DNA from: a virus
Taxonomy: Duplodnaviria > Caudoviricetes
Virus record (IMG/VR): IMGVR_UViG_3300008262_000013
Reading direction: 5' to 3' (one strand)
DNA length: 64,000 bases
Shown here: positions 51,594 to 62,653 of the stretch, in pieces
How positions within the stretch are numbered: position 1 is the first letter of the stretch
Layout of the letters: every line of letters begins with the position of its first letter
Notes under the pieces: model-generated
Seen by the model: the letters and a program-made list of their open reading frames with translations, nothing else
Told to the model about the DNA's origin: nothing
Database searches by the model: none
Program-made: the position numbers and the translations under genes

Positions 51594-52934
51594 ATGTCAT
51601 CAATAATAACGAACACCTTTTCTACTTTACTCGCACAACAATTCATAAATTTATTGGATGTTGGTGCGAATACGTACTTGCCCTTAAATCGAAGGTCTTA
51701 TCTTTTTGCGACTATTGGCAAACAAACGCCTTGGAATCAAGGTGACACTCCTCCTGTTTCTCCCGGACAATCCACCAGAGATTTGATTGAATATTACAAT
51801 AGGGGTATTGTAGCGAAGGTAATTCAATTAGACAATGTTTCTTTCGTGGTTCCGAGGTATAATTGGCAATCCGGAACGGTGTATTCTAGATATGGTTGTA
51901 CAGTTTGTCCTATTGGAACACCATTTTATGTTTTAAATTCTAAAAATCAAGTTTTCAAATGTTTAGATAATAATAATAGTATTGCATCTACGGATGAACC
52001 TGAATTATTTTTATCTGCGACTTCTTTAGAAGAACCATTTTTTATAACTTCTGACGGATATAAATGGAAGTATTTGTACACTATAAGTTCTGATCAAAAA
52101 CAAAAATTTTTAAATCAAGATTGGATGCCGGTTGCTTATAATAGATTTGTTAGAGCAACTGCAATTAATAGAAGTATTGATATCGTTAGAATAGGAAATG
52201 CTGGAAACAATTATGTTGATGGTCCAACACAAAGTATAATTACTATTGTTGGTGATGGAACCGATGCCGTTTTAAAAGCAAATGTTGTTGGTGGAAATGT
52301 AGTAAATATCGTTATTCAAAATAGAGGAAAAGATTATACCACAGCTAACTTAATATTTACTGATGTTGCGGGTGGCATAGGAACTGGTGCTTCAGCTAAT
52401 GTAGTTTTATCTCCGCAAAATGGACATGGTTATGATCCGGTTGAAGAACTTTATGCAAATACTGTAATGTTTAATGTCGATTTTGATGGTAGTGTTGGTG
52501 GAATTTTTCCATCAGAAAATGAATTTAGAGAAGTTTCCTTAGTATACAATCCTTATATTAATAATACTGAGACATTGGCTTCAGCTGATACATATACACT
52601 TTATAGTAAAGTTTTAGTGTCGCCTGGTGTTGGAGATTATAATAACGATGAAGTTATTATACAAGGTGACACTTTAGAAAATTCCACATTTAGTGCTGAA
52701 GTCATTTCATTTGATGAGGGTACTAATGTTATGTACCTTAATAATTTAAAAGGAACTTTTACACCCAATCAACCAGTAAAAGGATTGAGTAGTGGTTCAA
52801 TACGAATAGGAATTAATGTAACAAACCCATCTTTAGAATTATATTCAGGAAAAATATTATTTGTTTCAAATAAAGTTCCTGTAACTAGAGATCCAGACCA
52901 AACAGATAGAATTAGATTTATTTTAAGTTTCTAA
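51594..52934 (+). CDS. gp8: baseplate wedge subunit gp8
   Basis: VVPRYNW.SG..Y, VFKCLDNN, DGYKWKYLY and P..GHG.D. Confidence 0.88.
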   Translation: MSSIITNTFSTLLAQQFINLLDVGANTYLPLNRRSYLFATIGKQTPWNQGDTPPVSPGQSTRDLIEYYNRGIVAKVIQLDNVSFVVPRYNWQSGTVYSRYGCTVCPIGTPFYVLNSKNQVFKCLDNNNSIASTDEPELFLSATSLEEPFFITSDGYKWKYLYTISSDQKQKFLNQDWMPVAYNRFVRATAINRSIDIVRIGNAGNNYVDGPTQSIITIVGDGTDAVLKANVVGGNVVNIVIQNRGKDYTTANLIFTDVAGGIGTGASANVVLSPQNGHGYDPVEELYANTVMFNVDFDGSVGGIFPSENEFREVSLVYNPYINNTETLASADTYTLYSKVLVSPGVGDYNNDEVIIQGDTLENSTFSAEVISFDEGTNVMYLNNLKGTFTPNQPVKGLSSGSIRIGINVTNPSLELYSGKILFVSNKVPVTRDPDQTDRIRFILSF

Positions 52935-52945
52935 AAGAGGAATAA

Positions 52946-55900
52946 ATGACTAAGCTTTTTAATTACGATCCATATAATGACGATTTTGATGAAGATAAAA
53001 ATTTTATGCGAGTTCTTTTTCGCCCAGGATATTCCTTGCAGGCGAGAGAACTTACTCAATTACAAACAATCTTGTCCAATCAAATTGAAAAGTTTGGTAA
53101 TCACATATTTAAAAATGGAAGTCCAATAACTGGAGGTAAAATTTCCCTAGATGATAGAGCTTATTATCTAATTCTAAAGGGTCAATATAGTGGTCAAGAT
53201 ATTGTTTTGGAAAACTTTTTGGACAAAACTATTGTTTCTTATAATTCATCTAAAGTAATTAGAGCCAAAGTTATAGCTATAGATAATTCAACAATTTTTC
53301 CTATTTTAATTGTAAAATATTTAAGTGGAGATTTTTTTGCAGAAGGCGATGAATTAAAAGTCTATGGACAAAATATTTTTGCTGAATTGGAAGATGCAAA
53401 TGCTACAGGACGTTCTTATGTAGCTAGTATACAGGAAGGTGTTTATTACTTTAAAGGACAATTTGTAAAAGTTAGTCCTCAATTTTTAGTATTAGAAACA
53501 TATTATAGATTAGGTTTAAACACAGAAACAATTAACAAACAACCTTCTTATAGAATAGGTATTGAATTTGATGAATTGGTTATTGATGAAATTGATGATG
53601 TTTCTTTATTAGACCCAGCACAAGGTTCGTTCAATTATCAAGCACCTGGTGCAACAAGGTTTAAAATTAATACCATATTGAGTAAGAGAACATTAGATTC
53701 TGCTGATGAATCTTCTTTTTTCGAAGTTATCCGAATTGTTGATGGGGTAAAAACAAAAGAAATTGATTATCCTATTTACAATGAAATTGATAAGACTTTA
53801 GCAAGAAGAACATTTGACGAATCTGGTAATTATACTGTTGATCCTTTTGTAATATCTCTAGAAGAAGAATACGTAGATACATCAAATAATAATTACGTTG
53901 ATCCTAATTATTTTACAGCATCATTGGATCCAGGTAAAGCATATGTCGGCGGTTATGAGGTACAAACAATAGCTCCAACAAAATTACAAGTGTCTAGAGG
54001 AAGAGCCACAGCTAGTATTAATGACTATGATTTACCCACAAATTATTCGAGTTATGTCCATGTAGCAAACGTATATGGAACCTTAGTTATATCCAACTTT
54101 GAACTTTTGGATATACATTGTGCAAATCATGCCAGTGTTAGTGTTGCTTCTACGACAGAATATAATTCTTCAAAAATTGGTACAGTTCGTGCCAATATGA
54201 TAAAATATAACAAATCTTCTAATCCCGATCTAGGCACAACCCATCAGTTTACAGTTAATCTTTTTGATGCAAATACTTCTTCAATAACAGGAAGTGTAGC
54301 TTCTTCTGGATCTACTAATACCGTTATAGTCTTACCTTCATCTTTTGCACAACTTCCAGCAAACAGTTATTTGGGAATGTTTTTTAGTATTAAAGATGGA
54401 GCAGGATTAAATTTAGCACCAGTTAGAATTAAAGAATCGAGTGGATCGTCAAAAACAATTACGTTATCTTCAGCTTTACCTTTTGTTCCTTCTTCAAACG
54501 CATTTTCAATTGATTCGGATTTTAAATTTGCAGAATCATTAATAAAAAGAAGTGGTTCAAAAATTTTTGGTGCTGATATAACAGATGATTCTAAAACTAA
54601 CGATGATAATAAGTATGCTTTTATTACTGAACCTAACAGACAAGGATTAATTTTTGATGTTCCTTTTGACGCTATTAAGGAAGATACAATAACAAATTTT
54701 GATTTTTTTGCAAGAAAAGTCTATAGCGATAAGACATCAAGTGGTTCAGGAATTATTACTTTAGCACCGGAGGGCACTGACACCTTTGCATTTGCTGGTA
54801 CTCCAGGAACTTTATCTGACAGCGTTATTTTAGATAATATAATTTGTTTTATTCGACCTGATACTTCTGGAGGAATTCCAAGTATAGCACCAAATACTGT
54901 TTTAAGTTTAGCTAATAATGAATATACCGTATCAGCTATAAGTAGCACTGAAATTAGAGTCAATTTTGATCCTACAAACACAGGACTTTTTGGTGGTATT
55001 AGAGCAGATTTTATAGTAACAACTAAAGTGAATAATGCGGAAAATGGATCAACTGGAGCTATACGATCAAAAGTTTTATACCCATTATCTGTAAGTAAAC
55101 ATGAAAAAGTAGCTTATATGATTGATACTACAACGGGTTTAACTTCACTTAATACTGGAACAACTACTGCTTTTTCTGGAGGATATGTTTTTCCAGAGTT
55201 GGGTGTAACTTATTTTGATAATGAAACGGGAGCGGGAGATGCCGGTACAGTTAAGAAATTAAAAACTCCAGGAGTTCCTGTTAGTTTACAAGTACCTGAC
55301 GTATTAGAAATTGTAAAAATTATAGATTCGAGAACAATTACTGGTAACATTACAACAGCAATGTTGACTGATCCACTTTATGACGTAACTAATAGATATG
55401 AATTTGATAACGGACAAAGAAAAACTCATTATGATCACGCAACAATCAAATTAAAAAGAGGATTTAGTTCTCCTGTTGGCAGTTCAATTTATGTTATGTA
55501 TAATTATTTGAGTCATGGATCAGCACCATCTCCTCAAAATGATGGATTATTTACTGTAGATTCTTATTTGAACGAAACTTCGGATATTACATATGCAACT
55601 ATAAGTAAGTTTGTCGATAAATCTACTGGAAAAATTTTATCTGGAAGAGCTTCTTTTGATTTTAGACCAACTAGAGGTATTGCTCAAAATACTTTGTCTG
55701 GAGCGGTTTGTCCGGATCCTGATGAAATTGCAGAAGTTTCTTTTGAAAATTATTTAAGTAGGGTTGATAAAGTAGTTGTAAAACCATCAAAAGAGATGGC
55801 TATTATTGAGGGACAATCTGCTGTTAAACCTTTGATTCCTCCACATGATATAACTGATATGTTACTTTACACCCTGTATATACCCCCGTATACAGAAAAT

Positions 55901-58900
55901 GTAAAAGATGTTCGTGTAGATTTCCAAAATAATCGTAGATTTACCATGAGGGACATTGGTGCGTTTGAAAATAGAATTAAAGGATTGGAATATTATGTCT
56001 CTTTAAATTCTTTAGAAAAAAATGCTAATGATTCTAAAATATTAGATGCTAATGGACTCGAAAGATCAAAATATGGAATTTTAGTTGACAATTTTACTTC
56101 AACTAGCGTTCAAGCTAATTATGGTGATGTAGGTTTTGATAATAGAAATAAAGTAGAAGATGGAGAATTAAAGCCAGCTTCTTTAATGAGTACGACTAAA
56201 CTCCTATGGTCGGAAAGTACTTCTTCTGGTAGTTATAAGGTTGTGGGTACAAATACTCAAAAATCTTTGATTATGAATTATACTTCCACAAAATTTGCCG
56301 ATCAACCATATGCAACTAAAACTATTCCTATTGCTAGTGCTCTTTATGGTAATTTTAATGGAACGTTAAAACTTTTCCCAGAGTTTACGAGTGACCATGA
56401 TACTAGTGTTACAGCTAAAGTTACTTTAAACTCGGTTCAAGGATTAGAAGATGCCTTTAATTTCGTTGATGATAGATTAAATTACGTAGCTGAACAGAAT
56501 CCAACTTGGCTAAGTGACAAAGATAGTCCTTTTGCAAAAGTTCCAGATTCTTCTTGGTTTGAAACAAAAACCACAGTTGAAAATAAGACAGTACAAATTA
56601 ATAGAAATACAAATGGTAATTTACAAACCACTACTGATCAAGTTTATGTTAAAACAGGAGCAACATTAAGTGCAGATCAGATTGGTGTGTCAACATCAAA
56701 ACAGGATTTAGGATCTTATATTACAGACACAGCAATAAATCCTTTCTTAAAACCTAGAGGTATAGTTTTTATAGGATCTTCTTTAAGACCTAAAACGAGA
56801 TTTTATTCGTATTTTGATGGCACATTAGTTGATAACTACACTATCGTTCCATCAAAAGTTACTTTAACTCAGAATACTCCATTTAAATCTGGAGAAATGG
56901 TTTTAATTGCCAATACAAATGCTGAATTATCAACTCATATAGATAATTATGCTTTAGATACTGGAATATACCATTTAGGTGTTTGTGCCGTTTCTGAAGT
57001 GGGATCAGCTAATGTTTCTATAGTAAATGAAAGTAGTTTGTCATTGAGTGGAAAATATGTATATGGTCTAGATTCGAAAGAAACTAAAATTATTAGTTCA
57101 GTATTAGATCATCGTTGTGGAAATACAAAATCGGTAACATCCAGTACAATTACATTAGCTGCAGATGCTCCAAGTGTAGACATTACTGGCAACACAGTAA
57201 GTTTGGTTAGAATTCAAACTACTGACGCTGATGTAAATCCTGCAACTGGAATTGGTTCCACTTACACAATTACTGCTTATAATACTACTACTAAAGTAGC
57301 TACAGTATCAGGAACAATACCTTCCTCCGAAGTAGGAAAAACATTTTCTTATAGTATAGGAACGAATGTTTCAAATAAAGCTGGCCAAATTGGTGGAATA
57401 TTTTATCCACCACAAGCCACTTTCTTAAGTGGAGAAAGAGTTTATAGATTAACGGAGTCTTTCAATAACTCTTATGATAAAGATGCAATTTCTTTTGCCG
57501 ATAAAAATTTTGTATCATCAGGTATAACAACAACAAAAACTTCTTTAGTTGATACCGTATACAATATTGGAATAAGTAATCAAATTGTAGGAACTGTTAC
57601 TTCACCATTGTTACAATCGACAACAGTTACAAGTACAATAACAAGCACTTGGAGAGTCGATCCATTAGCACAAACATTTTTTGTGGATGAACAAACTTAC
57701 CCACATGGATTGTATTTGGAGAGTGTAAATTTATTCTTTAGTGCTAAGGATGATGAAAACCTTCCAGTCAGAGTGCAAATTAGACCTACAGTAAATGGTA
57801 CACCTTCTTTTGATTATTGGTATCCTGAATCTGTAGTTGAAAAATATCCTAGTGAAATAATTGTCTCAAACACACCTAGTATTAATGATAGTGCTACCAA
57901 AAATGTTTTTACTTTTAGTTCACCAGTATTTTTAAAACCAGGATTATATGCTGTTGTTATATTAACTGATTCTCCAGATTATGTTGTTTGGACAGCAGAA
58001 AAGGGACAAACAACATTAACTAATCAAACTGTTTCTGTTAACCCTTATGTTGGCACTTTGTATAAATCACAAAATGCTATGGAATATGTTCCATATCTAA
58101 ATGAAGATTTAATGTTTGAATTGAATCGTTGTGTTTTCAATACAAGTTCTGCAACATTTTTATTACAGAGTGAGAAACAAGATTCAAAAATTTATATTGA
58201 TAGATTTAGATTGTTGGAGAAGTCTATTACAACACAATCTAGTTCTCCAATATCAATTTCTTACTCAGTTATTACTAAACCAGTAAATTCATCGAAAGAA
58301 ACAATTTATAGAAATATAACACCGTCTACAATTTATAGTATGGGAGATGACACCTTCTATTCTATAGGTAATAGAAGAAAAGAGTTACTAGATAAAAATG
58401 ATTTTACAGTAAGATTAGAAATTTCAACTTCAAACGATGCTGTGACTCCTTTAGTTTCTTTAGAGAGTTTATATGTAAATACTTGGGAAAACTTTATTGA
58501 TAATGGTGAAATTAATCCTGAAGATTTTAATATTATTGTAGCTGGTGCAAAGTACTCAAATGCTAATGTGCTTACTGTTATTTCTTCCACAGGAGAAGGC
58601 GCAAATGTTGAAATAGTTGTAAATAATAGTACAGATGGAAATGTGGTTCGAATGAATGTCGCTTCATCTGGTATAGGATATGTTGATGACTTTTATATTT
58701 CATATCCACATACATCAAACAGTTCAACTGTAACAGCTAATGCCTCTATTGTATTAAATAGTGAATTTGATAGTTCTGGTGGACCATGTTTGGCGAGATA
58801 TATTACTAAACCTATTATTTTGACAGACGGATTTGATGCTGGTGATTTGAGGGTATTCTTATCTGCCAATAAACCTGTTGGAACAGAAATTCATGTTTTC

Positions 58901-59185
58901 TATAAAATTTTATCTAGTTCTGATATTATAAGTTTTTCCGATAGACCTTATGGTAAATTTGAATGTTTGAATCCTAGTGTTAGTGGCGCAATAGATGAAA
59001 CTGAATTTAGAGAATATGAATACCGACCTTCTCTAACAAGTGACGAATTGACTTACACTTCTGATGCTGGAGTTATTTACGACACATTCAAAACATTTGC
59101 AATAAAGATTGTTATGACTTCGCGTGATCCTTCGGTAATACCGAGGGTTAAAGATTTAAGAATAATTGCTTTGCCAGCAGGATAA
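52946..59185 (+). CDS. large virion structural protein (DUF4815/VrlC-like)
   Basis: PY.DDFD..KNF..VLF.PG...QARELTQLQ.IL, GILVDNF, DPLAQTF and P...DLR.IA. Confidence 0.8.
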   Translation: MTKLFNYDPYNDDFDEDKNFMRVLFRPGYSLQARELTQLQTILSNQIEKFGNHIFKNGSPITGGKISLDDRAYYLILKGQYSGQDIVLENFLDKTIVSYNSSKVIRAKVIAIDNSTIFPILIVKYLSGDFFAEGDELKVYGQNIFAELEDANATGRSYVASIQEGVYYFKGQFVKVSPQFLVLETYYRLGLNTETINKQPSYRIGIEFDELVIDEIDDVSLLDPAQGSFNYQAPGATRFKINTILSKRTLDSADESSFFEVIRIVDGVKTKEIDYPIYNEIDKTLARRTFDESGNYTVDPFVISLEEEYVDTSNNNYVDPNYFTASLDPGKAYVGGYEVQTIAPTKLQVSRGRATASINDYDLPTNYSSYVHVANVYGTLVISNFELLDIHCANHASVSVASTTEYNSSKIGTVRANMIKYNKSSNPDLGTTHQFTVNLFDANTSSITGSVASSGSTNTVIVLPSSFAQLPANSYLGMFFSIKDGAGLNLAPVRIKESSGSSKTITLSSALPFVPSSNAFSIDSDFKFAESLIKRSGSKIFGADITDDSKTNDDNKYAFITEPNRQGLIFDVPFDAIKEDTITNFDFFARKVYSDKTSSGSGIITLAPEGTDTFAFAGTPGTLSDSVILDNIICFIRPDTSGGIPSIAPNTVLSLANNEYTVSAISSTEIRVNFDPTNTGLFGGIRADFIVTTKVNNAENGSTGAIRSKVLYPLSVSKHEKVAYMIDTTTGLTSLNTGTTTAFSGGYVFPELGVTYFDNETGAGDAGTVKKLKTPGVPVSLQVPDVLEIVKIIDSRTITGNITTAMLTDPLYDVTNRYEFDNGQRKTHYDHATIKLKRGFSSPVGSSIYVMYNYLSHGSAPSPQNDGLFTVDSYLNETSDITYATISKFVDKSTGKILSGRASFDFRPTRGIAQNTLSGAVCPDPDEIAEVSFENYLSRVDKVVVKPSKEMAIIEGQSAVKPLIPPHDITDMLLYTLYIPPYTENVKDVRVDFQNNRRFTMRDIGAFENRIKGLEYYVSLNSLEKNANDSKILDANGLERSKYGILVDNFTSTSVQANYGDVGFDNRNKVEDGELKPASLMSTTKLLWSESTSSGSYKVVGTNTQKSLIMNYTSTKFADQPYATKTIPIASALYGNFNGTLKLFPEFTSDHDTSVTAKVTLNSVQGLEDAFNFVDDRLNYVAEQNPTWLSDKDSPFAKVPDSSWFETKTTVENKTVQINRNTNGNLQTTTDQVYVKTGATLSADQIGVSTSKQDLGSYITDTAINPFLKPRGIVFIGSSLRPKTRFYSYFDGTLVDNYTIVPSKVTLTQNTPFKSGEMVLIANTNAELSTHIDNYALDTGIYHLGVCAVSEVGSANVSIVNESSLSLSGKYVYGLDSKETKIISSVLDHRCGNTKSVTSSTITLAADAPSVDITGNTVSLVRIQTTDADVNPATGIGSTYTITAYNTTTKVATVSGTIPSSEVGKTFSYSIGTNVSNKAGQIGGIFYPPQATFLSGERVYRLTESFNNSYDKDAISFADKNFVSSGITTTKTSLVDTVYNIGISNQIVGTVTSPLLQSTTVTSTITSTWRVDPLAQTFFVDEQTYPHGLYLESVNLFFSAKDDENLPVRVQIRPTVNGTPSFDYWYPESVVEKYPSEIIVSNTPSINDSATKNVFTFSSPVFLKPGLYAVVILTDSPDYVVWTAEKGQTTLTNQTVSVNPYVGTLYKSQNAMEYVPYLNEDLMFELNRCVFNTSSATFLLQSEKQDSKIYIDRFRLLEKSITTQSSSPISISYSVITKPVNSSKETIYRNITPSTIYSMGDDTFYSIGNRRKELLDKNDFTVRLEISTSNDAVTPLVSLESLYVNTWENFIDNGEINPEDFNIIVAGAKYSNANVLTVISSTGEGANVEIVVNNSTDGNVVRMNVASSGIGYVDDFYISYPHTSNSSTVTANASIVLNSEFDSSGGPCLARYITKPIILTDGFDAGDLRVFLSANKPVGTEIHVFYKILSSSDIISFSDRPYGKFECLNPSVSGAIDETEFREYEYRPSLTSDELTYTSDAGVIYDTFKTFAIKIVMTSRDPSVIPRVKDLRIIALPAG

Positions 59186-59188
59186 TAT

Positions 59189-59428
59189 ATGAAAGAAAAT
59201 CTTTTAAAAGTAGAAGGCGATTTATTCGTAAAAGATAGGAAAAATGGTGCCATTTTGGCTGTAAATAAAAATATACTCATACAAAATGAAGCTAGAAAAA
59301 AAATGGGTAAAAAAATGAGCAGTAATGACACTGAGATAAATAACTTAAAATCTAAAATAGAAGAATTATCTAACGATATGACCGAAATCAAATCGTTGTT
59401 AAAAACTTTGATTCAAAAGAAGGATTAA
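59189..59428 (+). CDS. small coiled-coil virion-region protein
   Basis: RD..NGAI...N followed by a coiled coil; common after the large structural gene. Confidence 0.7.
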   Translation: MKENLLKVEGDLFVKDRKNGAILAVNKNILIQNEARKKMGKKMSSNDTEINNLKSKIEELSNDMTEIKSLLKTLIQKKD

Positions 59429-59437
59429 TAATTAGAG

Positions 59438-62400
59438 ATGCCTACTTCACTAATACCAATTATTGCCAGAACTAACACTATCGATGAGTGGAGAATTCAA
59501 ACTAATAAATCTGCTACAGATTTAAATGATCTTGGATTCTACACCTACGATAAAGCTCAAGGCACATTACTACTCTCGGGTACCTCCCTATTAAGTATAA
59601 CAGCTGAAGGAACACCGTTACAAGTAGCTAACAATGTTTTATTTCAAAGTAGTTTGACTCTTGGTAATACTCTTTTCTTAGGCATTCAATCTTCAGCAAC
59701 TGGTAATATTATTGCTGGTGGAACAATATCAGTTAGGGGTCCAGGACAATCTCTAAACGTGGCGAATAGTGTTTACGTGGGTAGAGACCTGCAAATTGTT
59801 CAAAATGTTTATACCAGTAATGTTATTGTAAATACTGACATAACCATAGCAAATAATTTAACTGTAACAACAGGAAAATTACGATTGAATGGATCTGGAA
59901 ATGTATCCTATATTAATACAGGTTCTTCTTTTACTAAAACGCTATATTCCGATCAAGTATATTCAACAAATGTAAGCACTGCAAACCTATATGCTTTATA
60001 TGCTAAAGTTGATGTTTTAGATGATTTGTCTTTTGCTAGAATTATTACTTTAGATAATACTACTACAAATTCTCATATATTAAAAACTAATGCCGCTACT
60101 TCAAATTTTTTAACAACTAAAAATTTAATAGCCAATGTAACAGCGAACATTGTAAATTTAGAATCGAATGTTGCTGTAATTAACGTAGCAACAATAATTG
60201 ATGGTAATGTAGTATCTCTAGTTTCAAACAATTCTACAATAAACATTTCTACCGTAAATACTTCTACGATATTGACTGGTAATGTAGTTTCATTAGTTTC
60301 AAACAATTCTATTTTAAATAATTCCACTGTAAATACATCTACGGTGTTGGTTGGTAATGTAGTAACACTTACTTCAAATAGTTCTACTATAAATGTTGCT
60401 AGTATCAATTTAGCTTCGATTAATACTTTAACGACATGGAATATAACTTCCACAAATAGAATTACAGGAAATAGTATTGTAACAAATAATATCGTTTCTT
60501 CTACAATTAATACATCTATTTTAAATGTCACATCAAACTTATGGATGAGTACTGGTTCTTTAACAAGAATTTTTGCACCGAATGATCAGCACGAATCTTT
60601 GACTGTTGATGGTAAAACTACTTTAAGAACTGCATTAATTACTAGTAATTTAACTGTTGAAGGAACTTGGACAGCTCTAGGTGATATTGAGTATGAAGTT
60701 GGTGAAATAATTTTAAATAAGAGAACACCAACAAACGCTGAAGCGACATTTAGAAATGAAAGACCTATAGGTGATGATGCGTTAATTAGATGGAATGAAG
60801 CTGATGATAGATGGACTATTTCGAGAGGAAATACATATTCTTCCCTCTATGGAATTTTGGATGATAGTTTCTTAAGTTCATCAATAAACAGCACAAGTAC
60901 TTCAAATGTTGCAACTTCTTTAGCTGTGAATACAGCCCATTTTGTTGCACAGACTTCGGGTATGTACGCTAACTCAGCATTTGCCGCACAGAATACAACA
61001 GGTAGTTATGCTAACTCAGCTTATGCTCAAGCAAATTTAGCATTTACCGCGGGAGGTGTTATAGCTGGAAGTTATGCCAATTCGGCTTATCATACAGCTA
61101 ATAGTGGATCATCATATGCGAATTCAGCTTTCACCCATGCAAATTCATCATTCATTCAAGCCAACACACCATCGCATGTAGCAAATTCTGCAGCACTTTA
61201 TGCAAATGGTGCGTTCTTAAGGGCAAATACACCAACACATGTTGCAAACTCCGCGTCACTTTATGCCAATGCGGCTTTCTCTAAAGCCAATACAGTTGCT
61301 ACTGATTTAAATGACGTTGCTATTTCTACGGCTACAGCTGTACATACTTCAAGTTCTGCATCATTATATGCTAATGGAGCTTTCGCTAAAGCTAATAATT
61401 CTTCAGACGCTGTAGCTTTAGATAAAGCTACTTCTGGATCTGCATATGCTAACTCTGCATTTGCAGCAGCTAATAATGCTGTGCAGAAAGTTGCTCCTAC
61501 ACAGACGATTACTGGTGATCTTACTATAACCCGTAGATTAAATACTGCAAATCTTCAATTTGACGGAGATAGTGCTAGATATTTTGGTTCCAATTTTGTA
61601 TTTAATTCGGATTTAAATCCAAATACATCTCCAGGTGAAAATGCTGCTATACAAGTTTATCGAGGAACTAATGCCTCTCCTGCTACATTCCAATGGAATG
61701 AAACATTAGATAAGTGGCAATTTGAAGATGGTGTAAATGGTTTACATAATTTGGAAGAATTTGCCAATAAAGCAAATAATATTACTGGTGGTGCAACTAA
61801 TAAAATTCCATATCAAACAAACACTAGTGCAACACAATTCATTGATGCTCCTGCTGTTGCTAATCGTTTCTTAAAGTGGACAGGAACCGAGTTTACTTGG
61901 GCGGATGTTCCTGCTGCTGATTTAAATAATTTAAATGCTACCAATTTAACTTCTGGTACTGTGCCGAGTGGTAGACTAACCGGTACTTATAGTATAAACA
62001 TCAATGGAACAGCATCATCAGCATGTACTGCAACTACTGCTAGTTCGGCAACTAGTGCTACAAATGCTACAAATGTTATTGATGGTGGAACTGTTCACAC
62101 AAACACTATAAGATGTGATGATTTTGCAAATTTCTATTCGAACGTATTTTTTAGAAGTGGTGGAACAACAACGTCTAGAACTGACCCAAGTAATTTAGCT
62201 GCTTTAAAAGTTACTGGTGATGTTGCTGTTTCTAATGAAGTTTGGGCACTTCAGTTTCAAGGTGTCGCAGTGCGAGCCCTTTACGCTGACTTGGCTGAAA
62301 AATATTTGTCCGATAAAAAATATCCTACAGGTACCATAATGATGGTTGGTGGCAAAAAAGAAGTTACTGCAGCAAAAGACACCAAAAAACACGCTATCAT

Positions 62401-62650
62401 CGGAATCGTATCGGAGAAACCAGCATACGTAATGAATAATGACTTGAAAAATGGTTTAATAGTTGGACTTAAAGGTCGATTACCTGTTAGAATAATTGGT
62501 ACTTGTGAAAAGGGTGATTTAATTACTGTATCTGAAAAGTCTGGTGTAGGTATTTCTATAAAAGAAAATGTAATTTTACCATTTAGAATTATTGCTTTAG
62601 AAAATAAAGAAACTGAAGAAGAAGGTTTAATAGAAGTAGTTATTATGTAA
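59438..62650 (+). CDS. tail fibre protein with a C-terminal chaperone-like domain
   Basis: N/T/S-rich beta repeats, repeated YAN.AF..AN units and C-terminal YADLAEKY...GIVSEKPAY.MN. Confidence 0.8.
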   Translation: MPTSLIPIIARTNTIDEWRIQTNKSATDLNDLGFYTYDKAQGTLLLSGTSLLSITAEGTPLQVANNVLFQSSLTLGNTLFLGIQSSATGNIIAGGTISVRGPGQSLNVANSVYVGRDLQIVQNVYTSNVIVNTDITIANNLTVTTGKLRLNGSGNVSYINTGSSFTKTLYSDQVYSTNVSTANLYALYAKVDVLDDLSFARIITLDNTTTNSHILKTNAATSNFLTTKNLIANVTANIVNLESNVAVINVATIIDGNVVSLVSNNSTINISTVNTSTILTGNVVSLVSNNSILNNSTVNTSTVLVGNVVTLTSNSSTINVASINLASINTLTTWNITSTNRITGNSIVTNNIVSSTINTSILNVTSNLWMSTGSLTRIFAPNDQHESLTVDGKTTLRTALITSNLTVEGTWTALGDIEYEVGEIILNKRTPTNAEATFRNERPIGDDALIRWNEADDRWTISRGNTYSSLYGILDDSFLSSSINSTSTSNVATSLAVNTAHFVAQTSGMYANSAFAAQNTTGSYANSAYAQANLAFTAGGVIAGSYANSAYHTANSGSSYANSAFTHANSSFIQANTPSHVANSAALYANGAFLRANTPTHVANSASLYANAAFSKANTVATDLNDVAISTATAVHTSSSASLYANGAFAKANNSSDAVALDKATSGSAYANSAFAAANNAVQKVAPTQTITGDLTITRRLNTANLQFDGDSARYFGSNFVFNSDLNPNTSPGENAAIQVYRGTNASPATFQWNETLDKWQFEDGVNGLHNLEEFANKANNITGGATNKIPYQTNTSATQFIDAPAVANRFLKWTGTEFTWADVPAADLNNLNATNLTSGTVPSGRLTGTYSININGTASSACTATTASSATSATNATNVIDGGTVHTNTIRCDDFANFYSNVFFRSGGTTTSRTDPSNLAALKVTGDVAVSNEVWALQFQGVAVRALYADLAEKYLSDKKYPTGTIMMVGGKKEVTAAKDTKKHAIIGIVSEKPAYVMNNDLKNGLIVGLKGRLPVRIIGTCEKGDLITVSEKSGVGISIKENVILPFRIIALENKETEEEGLIEVVIM

Positions 62651-62653
62651 ATT

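Noticed and set aside
60930-61480. Repeated YAN.AF..AN units in the tail fibre as a DGR template/variable pair
   Set aside because: They are degenerate protein-level repeats with no adenine-specific differences, and no reverse transcriptase is in the window.
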